The position numbers and the translations under genes were made by a program. DNA of 64,000 nt from an uncultured Solirubrobacteraceae bacterium (lineage in GTDB: Bacteria; Actinomycetota; Thermoleophilia; Solirubrobacterales; Solirubrobacteraceae), in contig CAZPQW010000017.1 in assembly GCA_964588985.1 (NCBI GenBank), positions 1 to 64,000 on the forward strand. Reading direction: 5' to 3'. The notes beneath the pieces were generated by a model. That model saw only the letters and a list, made by a program, of their open reading frames with translations, searched no databases and was not told where the DNA came from. Below, piece by piece: positions 37,727-47,965 of this stretch; position 1 is the stretch's first letter; each line of letters opens with the position of its first letter.

Positions 37727-39178
37727 TCAGCCGTCGACGAGCAGGCTGTCAAGGGGCCCGAGCAGCCCCATCGAGCGGCGCGAGACGCCGGGGAGCTCTT
37801 GCAGTCGGTGGGTCGGGGGTTCGCCGCGCTTGCGGCGCTCGAGCTGTTCACGAGCGATCGGACGCCATAGCCCGTCGATCACTCCGACCGGCTCTCCGGA
37901 GACCTGCTCCAGTGGACGCTCCAAGTGCTCGGCCCAGAGCCGCAGGCGGGTCTCGCGCGCGAAGGCGGGATCACACGTCACGACGTTCATCTCGGTGTCG
38001 TTGAAGAACGAGTGCTCGTTGAGGTTCGCCGAGCCGATGGTCAGCCAGACGTCGTCGACGATCCCGATCTTGGCGTGAACGTACAGTGGCCCGCTGAGCC
38101 CACCGCTGCGGGCTGAGATCGTCGTTGCCAGAAAGCGCCCGGCGTCATCGTCGGCGCGAGCCAACACCCCCAGCTGGCCGCGCGTCGTGTCCGCCCCGTT
38201 GTTGGGCCGCGCGGGCAGCAGCACGACCACCCGAAAGTCCTCGCTCGGCGGCTCGCGAAGCTTGCTGGCGAGGATCTCGACCACTTGCGCGGACCACAGG
38301 AACTGGCTCTCCAGGTAGACGAGCTTGCGAGCGGAGCGCAGGGCGCGGGTGTAGGCCTCGAGGATCGAGAACTCGCCGTCGGGCAGGAACTCGTAGATGT
38401 TCTCGGGGACGCTCCGCACGACCTGGATCTTCAGCTCGCCCGCGGGCGCGGGCGGGGGTGTTGAATCGAGCCGCTCGCCTGCGGCTTCGTGCCAGCGTGC
38501 CGCGAAGTGGGCGGCCACATCGGTCACCGCGGGCCCTCGGAGCAGGCTGGCGGCGTCGTGCCATCCCAGCCGCGAGCGCATCGGGTGATCGGGGGTGTCG
38601 AAGCGGTCGCCTCCGAGCGATGTCAGGTCGATCCCCCCGACGAACGCGAGCTCGCCGTCGATGATCACGAGCTTCTCGTGATGGCAGTGCATTGGGCGCT
38701 CGTGGGAGTCGAGCGCGCATTGGACCCGAGTGCCACGGATCAGCTCCTCGCGTACGCGGCGAACCGCCGCCCGTGCGGGCGTGAAGACGGGCACTGGCGC
38801 GCCGCCCCACAGCAGCACTCTCACCTCCATGCGCTCGGCCAGCTCGCCGAGCAGGTCGCGCAGCCTGGACGCCCCCTCGTCGCGCGTCAGGCCGAAATCA
38901 GGGGTGATGTGCCAGCCGGCTATGTGCACGTGCGAGCGCGCCTGCCCGAGCGCCTCGGCTATGCGGGGCAGCGCTTCGGCGCCGTCGATCAGCACCTCCA
39001 GCGCGCAGCCCTCGCGCGGCGGCGAAGCCCCGGCCGCCCACAGCGATCCGTCGGCCGGAGGCTCGAGCTGATAGAGATGCCCAATGCGGCGCAGCCGGCG
39101 CCGGTGATGCGAGCCGATCGTGGCCTCGATCCCCTGACCTGCCCACCCATCCACGCGCTCGATCAAGCCTCTCTCCAC
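37727..39178 (-). CDS. Phospholipase D-family protein
   Basis: Two HKD motifs: HEKLVIID and HAKIGIVD...GSAN. Confidence 0.9.
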   Translation of the reverse strand: MERGLIERVDGWAGQGIEATIGSHHRRRLRRIGHLYQLEPPADGSLWAAGASPPREGCALEVLIDGAEALPRIAEALGQARSHVHIAGWHITPDFGLTRDEGASRLRDLLGELAERMEVRVLLWGGAPVPVFTPARAAVRRVREELIRGTRVQCALDSHERPMHCHHEKLVIIDGELAFVGGIDLTSLGGDRFDTPDHPMRSRLGWHDAASLLRGPAVTDVAAHFAARWHEAAGERLDSTPPPAPAGELKIQVVRSVPENIYEFLPDGEFSILEAYTRALRSARKLVYLESQFLWSAQVVEILASKLREPPSEDFRVVVLLPARPNNGADTTRGQLGVLARADDDAGRFLATTISARSGGLSGPLYVHAKIGIVDDVWLTIGSANLNEHSFFNDTEMNVVTCDPAFARETRLRLWAEHLERPLEQVSGEPVGVIDGLWRPIAREQLERRKRGEPPTHRLQELPGVSRRSMGLLGPLDSLLVDG

Positions 39179-39231
39179 CCAGAGAGCCTACCCGCAGCCT
39201 GTGTCCGCTGAACGTCGTCGGACATGCTGCG

Positions 39232-40023
39232 CTAGTACTCGGGCAGGGCCTCCGGCGCGGGCTTTCCGCGCATGAGCGCGAACGCGGCAAGCTGTGTGGC
39301 GAGAGCGACCGCGGTGGCGAGGGCGAACGCGGACGCGGTGCTCATGTGGCGCAGCGCGATAGCGAGCGCGAAGCAGAACAGCGCGAACGCGGCGAAGCCG
39401 CTGACGAGGCCGCGCAGCAGGCGCAACAGCTCGTCGGTGCCGCGCTGGTTGTGGGTGAAGGTGGCGAGCACGGTGGCGATGATCGGGAACGGTGCGAGCA
39501 GGCCGCTCAGCTGCGGTCCGAGCCAGCCGGCGACCGCCGTGAGCGTGAGCACGAGCGCGAGCGCGCACGCGGCCCGCACAGGCAGGTCCCAGGCCGGCGG
39601 CGTGGGGTGCTCGCGTGGCTCCACCGTGGGGTGGGGGAGAAGGGTCAGGCCGCCGACCAGGCCCGCTCCCGCGATCGCGAGCGCCGCCCCGGCGGGGATG
39701 GTGAAGGCGCTGAACACGAGCGTGGAGAGCGCGAACGCGAGCCAGCCGGCGAGCATGCCGACGGCCCAGTACACGCGCCCGGCGAGGTGCGCGTAGACGA
39801 CGACGAACGCGATCAGCGACACGAGCCCGAGCAGCGTCCCCGCGGCGGCGCCGGCGGCGAACGCGCGTCCGTGCGAGAGGGCGTAGACGAGCAGGATCGG
39901 CCCGGCGACGACGGGCAGCCCCGCGATCAGCCCGCCGATCCTCGAGCCGAAGCGGCGCGCGGCCAGCGACGCGCCGACGACGAAGCTCGGTGCGAGCAGG
40001 AGCTTGACGGCGAGCAGCGGCAT
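39232..40023 (-). CDS. Multi-pass membrane protein
   Basis: Hydrophobic, internally duplicated G..GGL.AGLP / GP..SGL.APFP pattern. Confidence 0.7.
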   Translation of the reverse strand: MPLLAVKLLLAPSFVVGASLAARRFGSRIGGLIAGLPVVAGPILLVYALSHGRAFAAGAAAGTLLGLVSLIAFVVVYAHLAGRVYWAVGMLAGWLAFALSTLVFSAFTIPAGAALAIAGAGLVGGLTLLPHPTVEPREHPTPPAWDLPVRAACALALVLTLTAVAGWLGPQLSGLLAPFPIIATVLATFTHNQRGTDELLRLLRGLVSGFAAFALFCFALAIALRHMSTASAFALATAVALATQLAAFALMRGKPAPEALPEY

Positions 40024-40125
40024 ACGCAGATGATCGCGCAAACACCGAGCTACTCCCAGGGGTCATGACATCCACCCGTCCGCAGAGGTTGACATTCGTG
40101 CCTCGCAGGTGCGATCCTCGCCGCG

Positions 40126-43100
40126 ATGAACGCCGGGGGGCACGCCCGATCGTCTGCGCGAGGCGCTCTTAGGAGAGCCGCGCCGCTGTGTCTGGTGCTG
40201 CTCGCGCTACTCGCGATCTCCGGACTGGGTGCGAGCGGGGTGGCGTTCGGGGCTGAAACGGAAGTGGGATTCGACAACCTCGCGGCGGAAGCGATCGTCA
40301 CGAACCAGTACGAAGCTCAGGGCTTGAAGCTGGGCAAAGCCACGGAATTCGGGCAGATCTCGCCGGGCAAAGGCGATTGCGGTCCACCGACGGTGCAGTC
40401 GGAAGAAGTCAGCAAAGTGCCGGCCGCGTCGCCGAAGAACTACGCGGTGCTGCCCGCGTGTCCCGGTGGCGGCACGCCGTTCAGAGGGACCTACGGCGCT
40501 CTGCTCGGCCATCCGCGCGGCGCGCTGTCGGTCGAGGTACGCAACCTCACGGTGGGTACGCCGGGCGTGGAAGTGGAGTTGGTCGGCTACGACAGCACTG
40601 GCAAAGAAGTGGCGAGCGGCAAGGTCGAAGCCGTCACGACGACGTGGCGGAGCATCGCGCTGGTGCTGGGGAGCGGCCAGCAGGTCAGCTACTTCATGAT
40701 CCGCACCGCCAAAGCGAGCAGCCCGTCGATCGGGATAGACAACCTCAGCTTCGAACAGGTGAGCGAAAAATCCGGCGGCGAAGAAGGCGGCGGGACGACC
40801 ACCACGAGCACGACTCCTCCACCGCCGTCTTCGTCGATCTCGCTGCAGACCCCCAACCCCGGCCCCGGCCAGGCGTTGACGCTCAGCGGCGCGGGCTCCC
40901 AGCCCGGGTCGGGCAGGATCATCTCCTACGACTGGGACCTGAACGGCGACGGCAAGATCGACACGAGCACCGGCACCAACTCGACGGCGCACGTGATCCT
41001 CGCGCCTGGCGTCCACACGATCGGCCTGACGGTGACGAACTCCGGCGGGCAGAGCTCGAGCTCGAAATTCGGCGTGACGATCGGGAGCGTGGCGAGCGCG
41101 ATCCCGCCGGCGGACGGCGGGCAGGGGCCGTGCATGCCGACGTTCGAAGAAGGCGACGCGCGGATCGTGGCGGAATGCATCCAGAAACTCCCCGGCGGTG
41201 GCTACGTGATCGCGACGAAGCAGCTCGAGCTGAACGGCATGGTGCTCGCCCCGCAGGGAGGTGGCTTCGGGATCTTCAAGATCCAGACTGTCAAAGACAT
41301 CGCGATCGCCGGCACGCAGACGCTGCTGTCGGGCTCGTCGGTGAGCATCGAGCTGCTGAACACGCCGCTCGGCGACGTGACGCTCGGCTCGCGTGATTTG
41401 GAAAGCGAACCGGTCCAGCTCACCGCCCACAGTGGGCTCTCAAGCCTGAAGATCCCAATCAACCACAGCTTCCGCGCACCGCGGGCACGCGCCGCGGGCG
41501 AAGCGACTTCGAAGACGCTGCTGATGGCGTTCGGGGTGGGCCGCGAATGCCCGGCGAAAGAAAGCAAGAAGGCGGGCTGCTGCCCGCCGGCTCACGAAAA
41601 CACGGCGTGCGCGACGCTGCCGGGCAACTTCCCGCTGACGGGGCAGGTGGTGGTGTACCTGACGAACAAAGGGCAGGCGCTGCTGGACGTGCAGGTGGGG
41701 CTGACGCTGAAAGGGATCTTCGAAGCGACCGGTGCGCTCGAGATCGAGGCGGACCCGGAAACGGGGATCAACCTCAACTCGCTGAAGTTCACCGTGCCGG
41801 AAGCGGGCCTGGAGGGGATCTTCACGGTGAAGAAAGCGTCGTTCGCGTACTACTTCCCGAGCGCGCCGGAAGAATCCAAGCGCGACACGTGGCAGGCCGA
41901 AGGCACGATCGTGTTCGGTCCGCTCGGCGAACCGTCGCTGGAAGCGGAACTGGCGTTCAAGAAAGGCCAGTTCCACTCGGCGTCGCTCGTGTTCGTGGCG
42001 CCGCCGCCCGGCATCCCGATCTACCCGGGCGTGGCGTTGAACAAGCTCGGCGGCTCGATCGGGGTGGAACCGTTCTCCTTCGGCGGGACGCTCGGCGCGA
42101 GCGTCGCGACGCAGCTGGAGCTGACGCTGTCGTTCAAGTACCGCGAAGCGAGCGGCACCGAACTGGGCTTCTTCGGCGGCCAGGGCCAGCTCGAACTGGA
42201 CGACGACAAGATCGCGACGCTCGCGGCGGACGTGTACTCCGACGGCTACATCGACGCGCAGCTGAACATCGACCTGCACATCCCGTTCTCCTCGGAAAAC
42301 CCAGTCGTGAAGGTGGGCGGCAACATCGGCTTCTGGGACGAACCCGCGAGCGGCCTGTGGCAGGCGGAAGGCAACGTGTACGTGAAGCTGTGGGAAATCA
42401 GCGCGGAAGCGGCGGCGCTGGTGAACAACCAGTACATCGCAGGCTGTCTCAGCGCCGGAGGCTTTGGGATCCAGGGCCGCTACCGCTTCTCCGACGGCAA
42501 CATCGACGGAGGCCTGTTCGGCTTCAGCAACTGCTCAGACCAGCTGAAACAGTACAAGCAGAAACCGCTCGTGACGCACTCCGGTGGCTTCGTCGGCGAA
42601 GCGCTGAGGTTCCCACACCACAGTCACTCGGGCTGGAGCGGTATATCCGCGCCGAGCGACGCGCTGACGGCGGCGGCGCAGGGCGCGGCCGACACGTTCA
42701 CCCTGCCCTCGGGCCAGTTCGGCCAGGAGCTGCGGCTGACGTCTACCACGGGCACGCCGGTGGTGACGCTGATCGCGCCGGGCGGGCAGACGTACACGAC
42801 GCCCGCCGCGCCGGGGCAGATCGTGTCGGTGCCGGGCCAGTTCATCGCGGCGATCGCGCCGGATCACAACCAGGTGCTCGTGCTGCTGAAGCACCCCGGC
42901 GGCGGTACGTGGCGCGTGCAGAGCACGGCCGGCGCTCCGCCGCTGCAGAAGCTGGAAGTCGCGGCGGACGCGCCGCCGGCGACGGTGCGGGTGAAGGTGA
43001 AGCACGCGCATGGATCGAGGTGGTCGCTGAGCTACAAGATCGGCCACTACGTGCCTGGTACGAAGGTGCGGTTCGTGGAACGCGGCCGCGACAGCACGCA

Positions 43101-43569
43101 CGTGCTCGGCACGGCGAGCCGCTCGGCGGGGACGCTGCGGTTCACGCCCCAGGACGCGATCTCGCGGTCACGGAGGATCGTGGTTTACGTGCTGAACGCG
43201 GAAGGCATGCCCGTGCGCGAGCTGACGGTCGGGCGCTACACCGCGCCGGCCGCCGGGAGAGCGGGGCGCGTGGGGCGGGTGCGGATCGTTCGGCGCGGGC
43301 TGACGGCGCTGGTGAGCTGGGGCGCCGCGCCGGGCGCGCGCGGCTACGCGATCACGGTGCGCGGCAGCGACGGGCGGCTCGAGACCCTGACCGCCGCCGC
43401 GAGGCACCGCTCGGTGGTGCTGACGAACGTGCTGCCGTTCGAGAGCTTCACGGTGACGGTGAAGGGCAGGGGAGGGCCGAACCTGCTGGCGGGACGGTCG
43501 GCGACGGGGAGGCTCGCGGCGGTGAAGGTCGGCAGGCCCACGTCGCGCAAGCGCAAGCGCAAGGGGTAG
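40126..43569 (+). CDS. Large secreted PKD-domain protein
   Basis: Signal peptide, Thr/Pro linker, PKD motif ISYDWDLNGDG...GLTVT, long beta-rich region, basic C-terminus. Confidence 0.8.
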   Translation: MNAGGHARSSARGALRRAAPLCLVLLALLAISGLGASGVAFGAETEVGFDNLAAEAIVTNQYEAQGLKLGKATEFGQISPGKGDCGPPTVQSEEVSKVPAASPKNYAVLPACPGGGTPFRGTYGALLGHPRGALSVEVRNLTVGTPGVEVELVGYDSTGKEVASGKVEAVTTTWRSIALVLGSGQQVSYFMIRTAKASSPSIGIDNLSFEQVSEKSGGEEGGGTTTTSTTPPPPSSSISLQTPNPGPGQALTLSGAGSQPGSGRIISYDWDLNGDGKIDTSTGTNSTAHVILAPGVHTIGLTVTNSGGQSSSSKFGVTIGSVASAIPPADGGQGPCMPTFEEGDARIVAECIQKLPGGGYVIATKQLELNGMVLAPQGGGFGIFKIQTVKDIAIAGTQTLLSGSSVSIELLNTPLGDVTLGSRDLESEPVQLTAHSGLSSLKIPINHSFRAPRARAAGEATSKTLLMAFGVGRECPAKESKKAGCCPPAHENTACATLPGNFPLTGQVVVYLTNKGQALLDVQVGLTLKGIFEATGALEIEADPETGINLNSLKFTVPEAGLEGIFTVKKASFAYYFPSAPEESKRDTWQAEGTIVFGPLGEPSLEAELAFKKGQFHSASLVFVAPPPGIPIYPGVALNKLGGSIGVEPFSFGGTLGASVATQLELTLSFKYREASGTELGFFGGQGQLELDDDKIATLAADVYSDGYIDAQLNIDLHIPFSSENPVVKVGGNIGFWDEPASGLWQAEGNVYVKLWEISAEAAALVNNQYIAGCLSAGGFGIQGRYRFSDGNIDGGLFGFSNCSDQLKQYKQKPLVTHSGGFVGEALRFPHHSHSGWSGISAPSDALTAAAQGAADTFTLPSGQFGQELRLTSTTGTPVVTLIAPGGQTYTTPAAPGQIVSVPGQFIAAIAPDHNQVLVLLKHPGGGTWRVQSTAGAPPLQKLEVAADAPPATVRVKVKHAHGSRWSLSYKIGHYVPGTKVRFVERGRDSTHVLGTASRSAGTLRFTPQDAISRSRRIVVYVLNAEGMPVRELTVGRYTAPAAGRAGRVGRVRIVRRGLTALVSWGAAPGARGYAITVRGSDGRLETLTAAARHRSVVLTNVLPFESFTVTVKGRGGPNLLAGRSATGRLAAVKVGRPTSRKRKRKG

Positions 43570-43740
43570 CGGCGCGCACACCTGAGACCGCAGTCGAGCC
43601 GTCGTGCGCGGTGGACCCTTGGTCGTTGGCGCTTGTCGCCGGAGGCGGCAGCAGGGTTGCGAAGTGCGTCGTGCCTCGTTGCCGCGGACAGCGCGGTGTG
43701 GCCGGGTGGCTTGCCCCACCTGCGATGCGGGTGGTGCGGA

Positions 43741-44661
43741 TTAGCGACGTAACTCCGCCTGTAGCCGGGTTGCGAGGCGGACGGAGGCGTCGATCTCGAC
43801 TTGGCGGATTGAGACGCTCTCGACGCTGATCCCGAATGGGACGCCGACGCGCCGGCAGAATGCGATCAGCTCGACGGCCGTAGCGACGGCTTGCTCGTAG
43901 GACGCTTCGAGGGTGTCCTCCGCGTGGCGCAGCTCGTTCTCGATCCAGCGCGGCACATCCACACCGAGCCATTGAACGAACTCCAGTGTCTTCACCGACC
44001 CGCAGACCGAGAACGTAAAGACGATCGGCGCCGGCTTGAGGCCGCGAGCGGCGCACTCGTAGTGATAGTCGGAGACCAGATCCTTGGCGGCGTTGATGTC
44101 ATAGACGATCTGGGTGACAAAGAACGAGCAACCTGCAGCCCGCTTCGCAAGCAGACGGAGGTGCTCCGTGCCTCCGCGCGCGTGGCGCTCTGGGATCGCC
44201 ACACCTCCGAGCAGGAGATCCGGGCGCACCTCACTCCGTAGTTCGTAGGCCCGCGGCAGAGAGGTCGCGACCGGCTTTCCACGGGACGACGCACCGACGA
44301 ACACCGACAGCGCCCGGGTTGGGTCCTGTTCGCTGAGCCACGACTGAAGCTGTTGCTCCGGGTACTTGCTGACAGCGCGGTACACGATTGCGGGTACCTC
44401 CAAGCCGACGAGATCGCGAGCGAGGTAGTCGGCGGGGTCCATCGTGGGCAGGAACGGAAAGGGCCGTTCCTCGGGATTGCGGTCGCTCTCGTCATCAATG
44501 TCGTAGAGCACGAGGCCGTCGATGCCCACGGGGCGCAGGCGCTCGAGCGTCTTCGCGGCGATCTGACGGGCGTGCTCCGGGTCGGTCGTCAGGCGCGGTG
44601 GCGTTAGCGCGAAGAGCAAGAACGCACCCGTCCCCTCCGCAATGCGTCGCTGCAGCTCCAC
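43741..44661 (-). CDS. Mycobacterial-type methylenetetrahydrofolate reductase
   Basis: FALTPP, YDIDDES.RN..RPFPF, GGVAIPERH, FFVTQ; GTG 7 nt after TACGCT. Confidence 0.75.
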   Translation of the reverse strand: MELQRRIAEGTGAFLLFALTPPRLTTDPEHARQIAAKTLERLRPVGIDGLVLYDIDDESDRNPEERPFPFLPTMDPADYLARDLVGLEVPAIVYRAVSKYPEQQLQSWLSEQDPTRALSVFVGASSRGKPVATSLPRAYELRSEVRPDLLLGGVAIPERHARGGTEHLRLLAKRAAGCSFFVTQIVYDINAAKDLVSDYHYECAARGLKPAPIVFTFSVCGSVKTLEFVQWLGVDVPRWIENELRHAEDTLEASYEQAVATAVELIAFCRRVGVPFGISVESVSIRQVEIDASVRLATRLQAELRR

Positions 44662-44735
44662 GCGCCGAAGCGTAGCCGAGCGCCTGTGCGCTACGACTTG
44701 GCGCCAGCGGTTGGCGGCTGCGATAGGCTCCGCGC

Positions 44736-45320
44736 GTGACCCGGCGTCCACAGTTTCTTTGGGTTATGTGCGCGTGCGTTGTCGCCTGTTCGGTGCTCCT
44801 CGCGGGGCTGAGGGCCGAAGTCGGCGCCGCAGAAGCAAACGGCGGCCCATGGTGTGTTCCTTATGAAGGGAACGGGATACCGCCCGGCAGCGGCATCCCG
44901 CCGTGGGGATTTCACGCTAGGGAGTCGTTCAAGCACGGGGTCAGCGGCTCCTCGCACGGTTGGGGGGACATCAACCTGAACGCCAACTGGATCTCCGGCA
45001 AAATTTGTCAAACACTCGACGGTGGCGGTCAGTCTGGCCGCATGATGTCGGTGAGGCTCGGGCCGCGCATTCTTTACCACTCACACGTTGCCGTCATGTG
45101 GGGCTATCCGGGCAACGTCATCAAGGCTCCTATAAAGGTCATCTCGAGCACGGACTCCAAATGCAAGGTCGGGACGCCGGGTCACGTGACGATGTACACG
45201 AGTTACAACAACGTCAAATCCGACAGCATCCAGTTCTTCTTCGGTAGCGGGTGCCTGGACGGTAGTCGTCTGTACCACGGTGGGGCTCAGACAGTGAATG
45301 CGCAGGTCCCACCGCTGTAG
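44736..45320 (+). CDS. Secreted hypothetical protein
   Basis: Signal peptide, several Cys, beta-rich. Confidence 0.6.
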   Translation: MTRRPQFLWVMCACVVACSVLLAGLRAEVGAAEANGGPWCVPYEGNGIPPGSGIPPWGFHARESFKHGVSGSSHGWGDINLNANWISGKICQTLDGGGQSGRMMSVRLGPRILYHSHVAVMWGYPGNVIKAPIKVISSTDSKCKVGTPGHVTMYTSYNNVKSDSIQFFFGSGCLDGSRLYHGGAQTVNAQVPPL

Positions 45321-45499
45321 GGCGCCCGCGCGCCCGCGAGTAGCGAACCTGCCGGGGATGAACGCGAGCAGCGCATCCGACCCGTTTGCGTGGCCAGGTA
45401 GCCGGACGATTCCAGGCAGCATCGAGCTACATAGTCAGATCAGGCTCGAACTTTTCCGGGGCGGTTCAATGTCGGGAATCAATAGTGTCACGAGTCCAG

Positions 45500-47731
45500 A
45501 TGCCCAAACTGCCCGCTTACGACGATGAACCTTCAGTCCGGCATCGCGCGGGGGCGCAGGCGGCGGGAGGGTCCGGTCCCGGCTCAGCGATCGATGAGCG
45601 GGCGGGGATCGCGCGCTTGACGCGATTTGTGCTGGCGCACCGCCGGCTGGTGATGGTCGCGTGGCTGGTGGTGTTCCTCGCGAGTGCCGCGGGCGCCTCG
45701 CACGTGTCCAAGCGCCTGTCGTCGGACTTCTCACTGCCAGGCCAGCCGGGGTATGAGACCTCGCTGGAGATCGCCCGCCTCTACGACAACGGCGGGCTGG
45801 AGCCGCCGTCGCTAGCGGTGCTAACGGTCCCGGCAGGCCACACTGTGCTGGGCGAGCGGGGGCAGATCGTCGCGGCGGTGGCGAGGATGCGCGCGAGTGT
45901 CCCGGGGGTGCGCGTGGTCGATTTCGCCAACACCGAGGGGCAGCGCATGATCACCCGGGACGGCCGCACCACCTATCTGCTGATGTTCACCCCGCTGGAG
46001 AAGACCTTCGGCACCAGCAAGATCCCGCAGCGCGCCAACCTGGTGCTGGCGGCGGCGCTGCCGCCGGGAACGCGCAGCCAGCTGACGGGCCTGACGCAGC
46101 TCGCCAACGGCGGAGAATCGGGTGGGCCGGGTGTGTTCCTGGAGACGATCTTCGGCGGTCTCGGCGCTCTGGCGGTGCTGGCATTCGTGTTCGCGTCGCT
46201 GCTGGCCTTCCTCCCGCTGCTGATCGCGGCGGTGGCGATCCTCACCACGCTGCTGGTGATCCTGGGGATGACCTATATCGCTGACGTGTCCTTCATCGTG
46301 CAGTACCTCATTTCGCTCGTCGGTCTGGGGGTGGCGATCGACTACTCGCTGTTGATCGTCACGCGCTGGCGCGAGGAGCGCGCGCACGGGCGCGAGAACC
46401 ACGACGCGGTGGTGGCGGCAATGAGCACCGCCGGGCGCGCGGTGGTGCTCTCGGGCCTGGTCGTGGCGATCGGCCTGCTCGCCCTGATCGTGCTGCCCGT
46501 CCCGGGGCTGCGCTCGGTGGGCTACGGCGGAATGCTGATCCCGTTCGTCTCGACGTTCGTGGCGCTGACGCTGCTGCCGGCGCTGCTCGGTGGGGTGGGG
46601 CCGCGCGTGGACTGGCCGCGCATCCGCCACGAGCAGGAGGCGAGCAGGGGATGGACGGCGTGGACGCGCATGGTGGTGCGTCACCGCTGGCTGGCCGCGG
46701 GAGCGGCGATCGCGATCCTCGTGGTTTTGATCGTGCCGCTCTTCAGCCTGACGACGGGCGAAACGAGCGCGAGCGCGCAGGCGCACACCGGCCCGGCGCA
46801 CGTGGGCTACGAACGACTGCGCGCGGGCGGCATGGCAACCGGTGCGATCACGCCGCTTGAAGTGCTGGTCCGCTCGGACCAGGCGCAAGCTGTGCGCACG
46901 CGCCTGGCAGCGGTCCCCGGGATGGCCGACGCGTTGCGCTCGGACGCTCCCGACAGCAACCGCGCGGGCACGAGCATCGTCGTGGGCATCCCCCGACAGG
47001 AGACCGTCAACTCCACCACGCTCGACCCGCTCCGCGCCGCGCGCCGCGCCCTGGAAGGGCGCCCCGGCGTGATCGGCATCGCAGGCGTGGGAGCAACCCT
47101 GCTCGACTACCAGCACGCGGTGTTCGGCAACTTCCCGCTGATGTTTGCCGTCATCGCACTGCTCACCATCCTGGTGCTGGCGCGTGCCTTCCGCTCGGTC
47201 GTGCTGGCTGTCAAGGCGGTGGTGCTCAACCTCATCTCGATGGCTGCGGCCTTTGGCCTGATGACGTGGTTCTGGCAGGAGGGCCACGGCTCGAACCTCA
47301 TCTTCGGGATCCCCGCGACGGGCGCGATCGTGTTCTGGGTGCCGATCCTCGTGTTCGCCTTCCTCTTCGGCCTGTCGATGGACTACGAGGTGTTCATCCT
47401 CGCGCGCGTGCGCGAGGAGTACGACCGCACGGGCTCCACCGACCAGTCACTCATAATCGGCCTGGGTCGCACCGGGCGCCTGGTGACGAGCGCGGCGCTG
47501 ATCCTGTTCCTGGCATTCGCCTCGCTGGCCTCCGCGCCGAACACCAACATCAAGATGCTCGCAACCGGACTGGGAGCAGGAATCCTGCTCGACGCCACGG
47601 TCGTACGAGCGCTGCTGCTGCCCTCCCTCGTCTCACTGCTGGGCGACTGGAACTGGTGGTTCCCCACCCCCGTTGCCCGGCTGCTACGCGCCCCCGCGAG
47701 AGCCCCACGCAGCACCCCGAACGAAACCTGA
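45500..47731 (+). CDS. MMPL/RND family transporter
   Basis: GLGVAIDYSL..TRWREE, FGLSMDYEVF..RVREE, LLDATVVR. Confidence 0.9.
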   Translation: MPKLPAYDDEPSVRHRAGAQAAGGSGPGSAIDERAGIARLTRFVLAHRRLVMVAWLVVFLASAAGASHVSKRLSSDFSLPGQPGYETSLEIARLYDNGGLEPPSLAVLTVPAGHTVLGERGQIVAAVARMRASVPGVRVVDFANTEGQRMITRDGRTTYLLMFTPLEKTFGTSKIPQRANLVLAAALPPGTRSQLTGLTQLANGGESGGPGVFLETIFGGLGALAVLAFVFASLLAFLPLLIAAVAILTTLLVILGMTYIADVSFIVQYLISLVGLGVAIDYSLLIVTRWREERAHGRENHDAVVAAMSTAGRAVVLSGLVVAIGLLALIVLPVPGLRSVGYGGMLIPFVSTFVALTLLPALLGGVGPRVDWPRIRHEQEASRGWTAWTRMVVRHRWLAAGAAIAILVVLIVPLFSLTTGETSASAQAHTGPAHVGYERLRAGGMATGAITPLEVLVRSDQAQAVRTRLAAVPGMADALRSDAPDSNRAGTSIVVGIPRQETVNSTTLDPLRAARRALEGRPGVIGIAGVGATLLDYQHAVFGNFPLMFAVIALLTILVLARAFRSVVLAVKAVVLNLISMAAAFGLMTWFWQEGHGSNLIFGIPATGAIVFWVPILVFAFLFGLSMDYEVFILARVREEYDRTGSTDQSLIIGLGRTGRLVTSAALILFLAFASLASAPNTNIKMLATGLGAGILLDATVVRALLLPSLVSLLGDWNWWFPTPVARLLRAPARAPRSTPNET

Positions 47732-47965
47732 CCGGTTTCGGTGCTCAGCTGACGCTGACTATCGGTCCCGACGGTGGGACGACGCGGTCCAGGAGGGCGA
47801 AGCTGTCCTTGATATGCCCCTGCCGGGTCCGATCGGTGCGCAGCGCGGGTGATCCCTTAGGCGAAGGGGCCGTCAACCCGTGCCTCGCGGCCGCTCGGGT
47901 TGCTACCGCCACGCGTCACTGAACGCGCTGTGGCGCAGCAGGTAGCTGTAACCATGGTCGCTTCG

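Noticed and set aside
44661-44760. SAH/SAM riboswitch upstream of the MTHFR-like gene
   Set aside because: No recognisable conserved core; the gene appears leaderless and the space abuts a divergent ORF.
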